64,000 nt of DNA, from NCBI GenBank assembly GCA_963666285.1, contig OY762711.1. One strand, 5' to 3'. The translations under genes and the position numbers were made by a program. Below the pieces are notes generated by a model. It was not told the origin of the DNA. It saw only the letters and a list, made by a program, of their open reading frames with translations, and did no database searches. Origin of the DNA: Sedimentisphaerales bacterium. GTDB taxonomy: Bacteria > Planctomycetota > Phycisphaerae > Sedimentisphaerales > SM23-30. The number at the start of each line of letters is the position of its first letter. Within the stretch, counting starts at the first letter, position 1. Positions 30,423 to 38,549 of this stretch are shown here, piece after piece.

Positions 30423-31034
30423 TTATCTAGTATAAACGATAATTTCAACGCGTCGGTTAGCAGCTTTGCTCTGGCTGATCGGATGGTATTCTCCACGTCC
30501 GGCAGCAACCATATTTTTAGCATCGATACCTTGAGATACCAGGTATCTGACAACAGATAAAGCTCTTTGAGAAGAGAGTTCCCAGTTGTCTTTCCATTTG
30601 CTCTTTTTGATAGGGTCTGTGTCGGTATGTCCCATTACCCAAACTTCTTTGCCAGGGTAATCTCTTTTGACGATAGAACTAATCCTTTGCAGGCTGCTTT
30701 TAGAGTCCTGTTTGAGGTCGACTTTGCCGGAGTTGAATAGCACGTTACTGTCAAGAGTGACGGTAATAGTCCCTTTGGCCGCATCGTATTTTCCGCCCAT
30801 TTCTTCGAGAGCAGATTTAGGTTGCGGTTTAGGTTGAGATGCTAACTGACGCTGTAGACCGGACTTATCTCTTTCGCAATCGCTAAGAGCAGCGCTTGTT
30901 CTGTCAAATAGAGCTTTGAGATTTTCCAGTTCGGCATTAGTAGTCTGGTATTTCTTTTTCCAATCGGTACATCCACTTAATAGAATGACGCTAAATGTCA
31001 GTACAACAGCCAGTGCCAGTTTTGATGTTTTCAT
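30423..31034 (-). CDS. OmpA/MotB-family lipoprotein
   Basis: LSGC lipobox, VLFNSG, GHTD, NWELSSQRA, NRRVEI. Confidence 0.92.
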   Translation of the reverse strand: MKTSKLALAVVLTFSVILLSGCTDWKKKYQTTNAELENLKALFDRTSAALSDCERDKSGLQRQLASQPKPQPKSALEEMGGKYDAAKGTITVTLDSNVLFNSGKVDLKQDSKSSLQRISSIVKRDYPGKEVWVMGHTDTDPIKKSKWKDNWELSSQRALSVVRYLVSQGIDAKNMVAAGRGEYHPISQSKAANRRVEIIVYTR

Positions 31035-31085
31035 AATTTACTCCTTAAGTTTAAATGTCTCAAATCCTTTAAGACTGAAAGTCTA

Positions 31086-31379
31086 TTATTTGTTTTGGTT
31101 TTTTACTTCATGTTCGATTTTGTTACGAAGTTTCTTTTCTTTTTTCAGCTCCCGCATCTGACCGATAATAAGTTTGATACGTTTGGAAACCAGGAAAAAA
31201 ACAATTCCCAGGTTAGCCGAAGCGAAAATAAGCGTATAGGATTTACTTTCCCAAAGTGTCCATCCAAGAAACTTCACTTTGACAATCTGTGTGTTGCTGA
31301 GCAGAAAAATCAATACCACAGCCAATACCAGTATAACAATCGAAAGATTGGCGTAAACCCTTATTTTATTAAAGCTCAT
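31086..31379 (-). CDS. LapA/DUF1049-like small membrane protein
   Basis: Two TM segments with N..V.V.FLGW and a basic C-terminus. Confidence 0.7.
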   Translation of the reverse strand: MSFNKIRVYANLSIVILVLAVVLIFLLSNTQIVKVKFLGWTLWESKSYTLIFASANLGIVFFLVSKRIKLIIGQMRELKKEKKLRNKIEHEVKNQNK

Positions 31380-31576
31380 ATAACTTGTTGATTTTTAAGG
31401 CTTTATCATTTCTTTTCGGGTAGTAAATACCCTCCAAATCGAACAGCTAATTATTATATATCTATTATATGCTTCCTGCAAGCGGATAATCTCTAACATT
31501 GGCCAGTAACCGTGAAGGCTGTGTGAGTTATTAATGGATTAGTCGAGTAAGACAGATTGAGTAGAAATAAAATCAT

Positions 31577-31613
31577 AAAAAAACGGTCTCGTACAATTAA
31601 GTACAAGACCGTT
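31577..31613 (-). terminator. Intrinsic terminator
   Basis: A-tract + AACGGTCTCGTAC..GTACAAGACCGTT. Confidence 0.7.
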
Positions 31614-31639
31614 AATAATCATCTCATTTTTAATGATAA

Positions 31640-32308
31640 TTAGAATTTACGGCGAATACGGCCAACAGCAGCGGTACCCATACCAGCCAGAAGCAGAGCA
31701 CCCGGAGCAGGAACAGCAACGGCATCTCTATATGAAGTCAGCGAGCTAACTTCGTTATCGAGTTTGACAGAGAAAGTCCAGGTTTCGCTGACAGTAATCC
31801 AATCAGCGATATCAGAATCAAGTTCAGCTTGAGTGTTAGTGTCGTATCCACCCCACCATGCCATACCGCCAATACCGATTACGCCGGTGCCATAGTTGTA
31901 CAGTTTTGTTGGTGTTAACCATGATGTACCATAGTAGTCGTCATAAAAGTCTAAATATTCACCATCCCAGGTATTTTCCAGTTTAACTTGAATTCTACCT
32001 GTCAGGCTATCGACAGTTTCGTCTTCGATATAGTAAACCCAAGTCAGACGTTTACCGAGGTCGCCGAAAGAATAAACGACTTCATCCTGAATTTCAAAGT
32101 TTGTTGTGCCAATGTTAGCAGCATCAAAGCTGTTTAACATATTGACAAATGACCCGTCAGCGGCAGCAGCAAACGCAGCAGCTTCCCAAGGGGCATAATC
32201 AGATGAGCCATAAACGTTTGGCGCGGCATCGACAAAAATATTTGCCTGATTTGCCATTGTGACCGAACTAACAAAAGCCAGCAGTAGAATTGCGAGTAGT
32301 TTCTTCAT
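31640..32308 (-). CDS. Secreted protein with PEP-CTERM-like (VPAPGA) sorting tail
   Basis: MKKLLAILLL signal with AGGAG RBS; C-terminal VPAPGALLLAGMGTAAVGRIRRKF. Confidence 0.88.
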   Translation of the reverse strand: MKKLLAILLLAFVSSVTMANQANIFVDAAPNVYGSSDYAPWEAAAFAAAADGSFVNMLNSFDAANIGTTNFEIQDEVVYSFGDLGKRLTWVYYIEDETVDSLTGRIQVKLENTWDGEYLDFYDDYYGTSWLTPTKLYNYGTGVIGIGGMAWWGGYDTNTQAELDSDIADWITVSETWTFSVKLDNEVSSLTSYRDAVAVPAPGALLLAGMGTAAVGRIRRKF

Positions 32309-32913
32309 TTTCCTCTCCTTAAATTCCTTAGATTTTCTTACTTTTAATGAATAAGCCAAGACCGGACCTGGCTTTTGAAAACATGATTATGGAATTCCAG
32401 TTTAACAAAATTACCAGTGGTATTTCAATAGGTTTGGAAGGGGAACTGCATTTTTTAGTGAAAAATCGGGTTTAAGATAGGGTAGTTTTAATGATTGGAA
32501 TAGAAATGCAGGTTGTTTTTCTGTTTTCTGATGTGAGAACAGTTATATGCCGGCCTGTACAAAGGGATTATCACTTATGTTTCTGGTATTTCAATACTAT
32601 AGCAATTGTATAATGGTCTGGCAGGGCAGGTAGAAAAATGGTCTTGCGTACAGTGCGTCAGATTGTTTGGGAAATTCTAATTTACAGTTGGGTATGTTTA
32701 AAAAACAGCGCAGTTTTGCATAGGGAGAAAACAGAAAATCAGAAAAATTTTAAAATTATATTTTCATTATTTCAAGCTAGTTACAGAATTTCGGGTTGGT
32801 TGAAAAAGTAAAAAAATCAGCGCGATTTTTGCATGTCGTCCAAGAGTGTATGGAAAACCAAAAATAAGAATATGAATAGGAAGTTGCCAGATTGGATAAG
32901 TTAAGAAGGAGAA

Positions 32914-34398
32914 ATGAGAATGAGTTATGAATTTGATATTTTTGAAGGAGGCCTGGATGAAGGTTATGTCGAATGGCTGACGGGCGACGAATACATTTCT
33001 CGGGCGATCAGATTTGAGAAGTTATGGAATTATTATGAGAATCCGACTACCACATCAATAGCGGGCAATAATTCAGGGTCAGGCCGGACATATCAGCAAT
33101 GGCAGGAATATGGATTGCCGCTGCGTATAACCGGTATCAGCCGCAGCTTCTGGGGCGGTTTAGAAAGTGGTGAGAATAACGGCAGGATAGCTCGCAAGGA
33201 AGTTGTAGTCGAGAACGATATCGCCTGGCGAATCGATACGATAGTAGATTTTCTATTTGGCAGGAAGTTTTCGATAACCTCTCGGGCAAGTGATCCAGAC
33301 CGGGCCGGCGAGATCGAGCGAGTTTTGAACGCGATATTTGAAGCAAACGGCGGTATGCAATTTTTTCAGCAACTGGCACTGATGGGCAGTATCTATGGTT
33401 TTGTTGATGTAATAGTCCGGACTGATAAGCTGTTTGCCGAACAGCAAGAGATATCAACAAGTTTGGAAAGATGTGCAGATAAGGTGGTACTGGAAATAAT
33501 AGAGCCGGTAAGGAGTTTGCCTGTATTGAATGAGAATGATTATCGTCGGATAGAATATTATATCCAGCATTATTATAAACAGCATAACGAGCTGGGGCAA
33601 AGCACGGTCGGTGGGATAGGGACGGTTGATGGAAGGGGAAATGTCGGCAGCGGTCCGAGAGAAAGTAGATGTGTGGAGATAATCTCGGACCAATACTGGC
33701 AGCGATACGAGGACGGCGATCTGACGGCACAGGGAAGAAATGTTTTGGGATGTATGCCCATCGTGCATATTCAGAATCTGCCGATCCCGTATCGTTATGA
33801 AGGCAAGAGTGACGTAGAGCCGCTGGTGCCGTTGCAGGATGAGCTGAATACGCGTTTGAGCGATCGAGCAAGCCGGATAACAATGCAGAGTTTTAAGATG
33901 TACCTTGCAAAGGGGATAAGTAACTTTGACCAGCTGGATATCGGGCCTGGTACAATGTGGAATACAGAGAACCCAAACGCAGCGGTAGAGGAGTTTGGCG
34001 GAGACGAATCGTGTCCATCGGAGGCAGAGCACATAAGCCAGGTACGTGACGCTTTGGAGAAGTCGAGCGGTGTGGCTGCTATTGCTGCTGGAATGTTAAG
34101 AGGTCGTATTGGTAATCTCACAAGTGCGGTTGCATTGAAAATAACACTTATGGGTATACTGGCAAAGAACCAGAGAAAGCGTATGTGTTATGGCAAAGGG
34201 ATAGCCGAGATGTCAAAACTGATTTTAGATGCATTAACGAAAAGCGGTGTGTTTGAAACAGATCCATCAGAGCGTGAGATTGATATTCACTGGCCGAATC
34301 CACTGCCGGAAAATGTAACGGAGATTCTGCAGGAAGCGAAGATGAAAATGGAACTTGGTATTGATAAGGAGCAGGTGTTGAAGGAGCTTGGATATTGA
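32914..34398 (+). CDS. Phage portal protein, SPP1 gp6-like (start may be ATG 32920)
   Basis: 494 aa; NDIAWRIDTIVDFLFG, PIVHIQN..GKSDVEPLVPLQDELNTRLSD, IDIHWPNPLPEN motifs typical of SPP1-type portals. Confidence 0.85.
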   Translation: MRMSYEFDIFEGGLDEGYVEWLTGDEYISRAIRFEKLWNYYENPTTTSIAGNNSGSGRTYQQWQEYGLPLRITGISRSFWGGLESGENNGRIARKEVVVENDIAWRIDTIVDFLFGRKFSITSRASDPDRAGEIERVLNAIFEANGGMQFFQQLALMGSIYGFVDVIVRTDKLFAEQQEISTSLERCADKVVLEIIEPVRSLPVLNENDYRRIEYYIQHYYKQHNELGQSTVGGIGTVDGRGNVGSGPRESRCVEIISDQYWQRYEDGDLTAQGRNVLGCMPIVHIQNLPIPYRYEGKSDVEPLVPLQDELNTRLSDRASRITMQSFKMYLAKGISNFDQLDIGPGTMWNTENPNAAVEEFGGDESCPSEAEHISQVRDALEKSSGVAAIAAGMLRGRIGNLTSAVALKITLMGILAKNQRKRMCYGKGIAEMSKLILDALTKSGVFETDPSEREIDIHWPNPLPENVTEILQEAKMKMELGIDKEQVLKELGY

Positions 34399-34508
34399 TT
34401 TGGGCTTTATCAGAATCAAAGAGAGTAGAGATAAGCCGGTAGTAAAGGGGAATTATGTTAATATGAAGTATGCTTCGTGAGTAGTAAGGTTTTACAGTTA
34501 ATATTTAA

Positions 34509-34668
34509 GGCAACCTTTGGAAATTCATTTTGAGCGACAAGTTTTTCTTTTGCCTGCTGACATGTGTCACATAAAACAGTGAATATAGCCCAATATGCAC
34601 GATTTTATGTTTCTTGTCAGCAACCAAATTTTGAGCTATCGCGTCAAAAGCAATTTCCAGAGGTCACC
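34509..34668. mobile_element. 160-bp MITE with TIRs and TTAA target duplication
   Basis: TTAA|GGCAACCTTTGGAAATT...AATTTCCAGAGGTCACC|TTAA; second copy at 25305-25463. Confidence 0.88.
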
Positions 34669-34688
34669 TTAAGGAAAGGAATTTAGTT

Positions 34689-35117
34689 ATGGAAGAAGAA
34701 ATTGATAGTGTAGTCGGTGATGTTGGTTCATCAGATGTTGATGACAGCTTACAGGAGCTGGAAGGAATGAAAGAGGCCCTGGCAGAGGTTCAAGCAGAGT
34801 TGGATAAGGTTCGTTTTGAAAAGTCACTTGCAGTAGAACTTACTCGTGCCGGGGCGATAGATGTAGAAGCGGCGATAAAATTAGCCGGGGAAGGAGAAGA
34901 AGTGAAAGAGATTGTTGATTCGCTTAGAAATAGCAAGCCGTATTTGTTTGATCGAAAAGTAGTAGGTGAGATAGGCGGCGCGATAACAGCGAGTGTAAAA
35001 GTTCGTAAGAGTGTCGGGCTGGATAAGCTAAGTGAAGCAGCTAAGAGGGCGAAAAAGACCGGCAGACGCCGTGACCTCTTTGAATATCTCAAGCTACGTA
35101 GAAGTCTGAGAAAGTGA
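34689..35117 (+). CDS. Putative capsid scaffolding protein
   Basis: Acidic coiled-coil N-terminus, GAIDVEAA, LRNSKPYLF motif, basic C-terminal helix; lies between portal and capsid. Confidence 0.7.
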   Translation: MEEEIDSVVGDVGSSDVDDSLQELEGMKEALAEVQAELDKVRFEKSLAVELTRAGAIDVEAAIKLAGEGEEVKEIVDSLRNSKPYLFDRKVVGEIGGAITASVKVRKSVGLDKLSEAAKRAKKTGRRRDLFEYLKLRRSLRK

Positions 35118-35160
35118 CAAGCATAGGTCTCTCAAAGTTATATTAAACAAGTTATGGTTT

Positions 35161-36587
35161 GTAAACTTTCGCACTTTTTGAGGGTTAAAATTTGAAAATA
35201 TAAACAAAAAAATATCGGCGATCCGATGTCTTTAATGATTGATAACAATAGGACACGGAGGCCGATATGTACTATCAATATTATTCGACATGGACGCAAT
35301 TTATTCAACAATTTTTTCCAATTTTTACAGAGCCGGGGGCACAAATCTTCTGCCGGGTGGTAATTGGTTGGATATTGTGCACTACTCGCCGCACGATAAC
35401 AGGCATAATACCCTACGCAGACCCGCTGGGCGAACGAGCTCACGATGCATATCATCGTTTCTTTCCAGATTGCCGCTGGTCTCTGAGCCGGATGTGGAAG
35501 ATGCTCACCCTGATTATGGTTCAAAGATTCTGTCCCAAAGGAACAATCACTCTGTCCATGGACGACACCCTGTTTCATCGAAGCGGTCCAAAAGTCCATG
35601 GAGCCGGATTCTGGAGAGATGCCGTTCGTTCTACCAAGAAAAGAATAGTATATGCCTGGGGTTTGAATTTGGTAGTAACGTGTCTGCAAATTCAACCATC
35701 TTGGGGTGGCGAACCTCTGGCACTGCCGGTCAATATGCGGTTGCATCGCAAAGGAGAAGAATCCTTGATTGAACTGGCGGTACAAATCATTAATGAAATA
35801 TGCCAATGGCTTCCAAACAGGCGTATAAGGCTTGTAGCAGACGGGTTTTATGCTACTCTGGCTGGAAAGAATCTTGAGAATGTTACCATTATCTCTCGAA
35901 TCAGGCGTAATGCCGATCTGTTTGAGCTGCCGCCTAAAGTTAAAGAGAAAACCCGTGGCAGACCTCGCTGTAGAGGGCAAAAACTGGCTAAGTTGGAAAA
36001 AATGGCTGCCCATATCAGAAATTGGAGAACAGTTGAGTTTAGTCAGAGAGGTACGATTATTGAAAGGCTGGTTTATACTCGTATTGCTCTCTGGTATAAG
36101 GTAACTCGCAAACCAATCCTTGTTGTTATATGTAGAGACCCTGAAGGTAAGGAAAAAGATGACTTTTTCTTTACGACAGATATTACTATGGCGCCTGAGG
36201 AAGTTTTGACCTGTTATGCCGATCGCTGGGCTATTGAAGATACGTTCAAGAACACTAAACAGCTGCTCGGTGTTCAACAGCTGCAGACATATAAGGGCAA
36301 AGGACCAGAAAGAGCCGCTGGTCTTGGACTCTGGCTGTACTCGATGGTCTGGTTGAGGTATCTGACCAAGAAACCCAATGAACAATACTTCTTTGTTCAG
36401 CCATGGTATCAACACAAAGAGACTCCGAGCTTCGCCGATGCTATCGCTGACCTCCGAAGGGAACTTTGGAGTGAAAGAATTAAATATATGTTCGGTAATT
36501 CGGCCGTTCATGATAAAAAATATACGTTTCTGCTGGATGCTCTGGCTCCAGCGGCTTAAATACACTATAAAAAATGCGAAAGTTTAC
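35161..36587 (+). mobile_element. Complete IS element (IS701-like), 1427 bp
   Basis: TIRs GTAAACTTTCGCACTTTTT / AAAAAATGCGAAAGTTTAC flanked by 5-bp direct repeat GGTTT. Confidence 0.92.
35267..36559 (+). CDS. DDE transposase (IS701/IS4-like)
   Basis: SMDDT, VADGFY, YADRWAIEDTFKNTKQLLG. Confidence 0.93.
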   Translation: MYYQYYSTWTQFIQQFFPIFTEPGAQIFCRVVIGWILCTTRRTITGIIPYADPLGERAHDAYHRFFPDCRWSLSRMWKMLTLIMVQRFCPKGTITLSMDDTLFHRSGPKVHGAGFWRDAVRSTKKRIVYAWGLNLVVTCLQIQPSWGGEPLALPVNMRLHRKGEESLIELAVQIINEICQWLPNRRIRLVADGFYATLAGKNLENVTIISRIRRNADLFELPPKVKEKTRGRPRCRGQKLAKLEKMAAHIRNWRTVEFSQRGTIIERLVYTRIALWYKVTRKPILVVICRDPEGKEKDDFFFTTDITMAPEEVLTCYADRWAIEDTFKNTKQLLGVQQLQTYKGKGPERAAGLGLWLYSMVWLRYLTKKPNEQYFFVQPWYQHKETPSFADAIADLRRELWSERIKYMFGNSAVHDKKYTFLLDALAPAA

Positions 36588-36627
36588 GGTTTTAAAATTA
36601 GATAAAATATAAGGAAGGAAATAAAAA

Positions 36628-37782
36628 ATGAGTTTTACAGGAAAAGCAACTTATTCGGCCGGCGTTGAATTGCCGGAATTGTGTGAAGATGTATCAGATA
36701 TTGTTGGTATTGTGTCGCCGTATGAAACTCCGCTGCTGGACTTGCTGGGCGATCCCGGACGTGACGCGATAAGTGTTTATCATGAATGGCTGGAAGATTC
36801 TTTATTGAGCAACAGGGGTGTGATTAATGATGACAATATTGTTGCTCCCGAGGCGGAAATTATGTTTGCTGTTGATGACGGCAGCAAATTCAGAGTTGGT
36901 GATCAGATCCAGGTAGAAGGCAGTAGTGAGTTGATACTGGTCACCGGCGTTAGCGTCAACACTTTGACAGTAGCTCGCGGTTATTCCGGTACCACTGCAG
37001 AAGCGATAGCAGATGGTGACGTGATTAATATTCTGGGTAATGCGGCACTGGAAGGTGGTGAAAAAGGTGAGGCGCGATTTACCAATCGTTTGCGAAAGGG
37101 CAACTATACCCAGATTTTGTCAGCTGCGGTTGAAGTATCCGGAAGTGACATGTCAGCGAATCAGCTGGGCCTGGCAAATGAGATGGACTATCAGAAGCAG
37201 GAACGTCTGCGTGAGCTGCTCAGAGACCTAGAGAACATCGTAATTAACGGCGGACAGGCGGCATCTAATCCGCAGGGCAGCAGTTCCGTTCGCCGCACAA
37301 TGAACGGTATCGTAAAACAGATAACAACAAATGCGTACAAGGTTGGCGATAGCGGATTGCCGTCAGGTGATACACTGGACGAGGCAAAGCTGAACTATGT
37401 ATTACGCAGTATCTGGGAGAGTAGTAATGCCGGGATAGACACAATAGTTGTAAACGGATACCAGAAGCGTCAGATCAATTCTCTCCTGGACGGTTCCCGT
37501 ATATATAATAGTGAGGACCGCAAATACAGTTCGCTGGTGAGTTATTATGAAAGTGACTTTGGTTTGTGTCGAGTTGTTCTGAGCCGATGGGTGCCAAGAG
37601 ATATGGTACTGTTTCTCGATAGTTCCCGTATTAATGTATTGCCTTTAGCGGGCAGGAGTTTTCACTTTAAGCCGCTGGCAAGTACCGGCGACTATGAGTG
37701 CGGTCAGCTAATAGGAGAATATACACTTGAGTTCAAGAATGAGCAGGCCCACGGATATCTAAGAGGATTGACGGTCAGCTGA
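36628..37782 (+). CDS. Major capsid protein, SU10/DUF5309-like (HK97 fold inferred)
   Basis: EDVSDIVGIVSPYETPLL, HEWLEDSL, GNYTQI, QKQERLRELLRDLE, RRTMNGI, YESDFG, LASTGD..GQLIGEYTLEFKNEQAHG. Confidence 0.85.
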   Translation: MSFTGKATYSAGVELPELCEDVSDIVGIVSPYETPLLDLLGDPGRDAISVYHEWLEDSLLSNRGVINDDNIVAPEAEIMFAVDDGSKFRVGDQIQVEGSSELILVTGVSVNTLTVARGYSGTTAEAIADGDVINILGNAALEGGEKGEARFTNRLRKGNYTQILSAAVEVSGSDMSANQLGLANEMDYQKQERLRELLRDLENIVINGGQAASNPQGSSSVRRTMNGIVKQITTNAYKVGDSGLPSGDTLDEAKLNYVLRSIWESSNAGIDTIVVNGYQKRQINSLLDGSRIYNSEDRKYSSLVSYYESDFGLCRVVLSRWVPRDMVLFLDSSRINVLPLAGRSFHFKPLASTGDYECGQLIGEYTLEFKNEQAHGYLRGLTVS

Positions 37783-37807
37783 TAGCTTAAACTGGAAGTG
37801 GAAGTTA

Positions 37808-37852
37808 GTGGTGTTCGCCTTGTCTGTTGTTTTGCCGGTGAGGCGGCACCGC
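37808..37852 (+). terminator. Long GU-rich hairpin after the capsid gene (attenuator or stabiliser)
   Basis: GTGGTGTTCGCCTTGTC...GGTGAGGCGGCACCGC, about 16-bp stem, no U-tract. Confidence 0.5.
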
Positions 37853-37877
37853 AATATTTATAACAAAGGAAAATAAA

Positions 37878-38510
37878 ATGAGATTATGTAATGATATCGA
37901 TATATGTAAGTGGGAGTCGGCGTTGTATTCGGACGCAGTCAGTTCGGATAGGTATGTCTGTTCCGGTAACGGCGGCGTTATTTCAGGCGGCCAGTTTAGT
38001 GTGACCGGGATAGACTTTTTACAATCCGGAGTGGAGCCGGGTTTTATGCTTCGCTGCTGGAATGAGCTGGCGATGGTTGAGTTATGTTGTGAGATAGTGG
38101 AGGTTCAATCGAGCGTCAGTTTGTCAGTTTCATCAGTTCGGCCAAGCGGTGTAACCGAACTATGGCCGCCGGGCGATTACAGCAATTTGAATTTTGCGGT
38201 TATTTCGTATTCCCCGGTGATAGATGAGGTGAGTTATAGTATTATGTCTCGTTTGCGTGAGATAAATTCGATCGATGATCTGGTTGAAAGCAGGTCGCTC
38301 AGACTGCAATGTGTATTTTTGGTGATAGCATCGGTTTATGCGTCGATAGCAAAGACATCGGACGACGACTTTTACTGGCACAAGTCTGAGTATTATCGCA
38401 AGCAGTATGATATGGAGCAGAGCAGGTTCGCAGCAGATATTGATACCGATGGTGACGGTGAAATTGACAGGACTATATGTGGTAATATTATATCTCTGAA
38501 GCGGAAATGA
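37878..38510 (+). CDS. Hypothetical protein, possible head-completion/adaptor
   Basis: AAGGA RBS; follows the capsid gene; helical C-terminal part and DTDGDGEID loop. Confidence 0.65.
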   Translation: MRLCNDIDICKWESALYSDAVSSDRYVCSGNGGVISGGQFSVTGIDFLQSGVEPGFMLRCWNELAMVELCCEIVEVQSSVSLSVSSVRPSGVTELWPPGDYSNLNFAVISYSPVIDEVSYSIMSRLREINSIDDLVESRSLRLQCVFLVIASVYASIAKTSDDDFYWHKSEYYRKQYDMEQSRFAADIDTDGDGEIDRTICGNIISLKRK

Positions 38511-38549
38511 ATTTTGTTTTTTCATCCGGCTTGTGGTAAAATTGTGGTC

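Noticed and set aside
35138..36565. 475-aa minus-strand ORF
   Set aside because: Antisense shadow of the transposase with no recognisable motifs; its stop lies outside the IS end.
32914..38510. Complete prophage
   Set aside because: No integrase, terminase, tail, lysis or att repeats seen; flanks are host genes.
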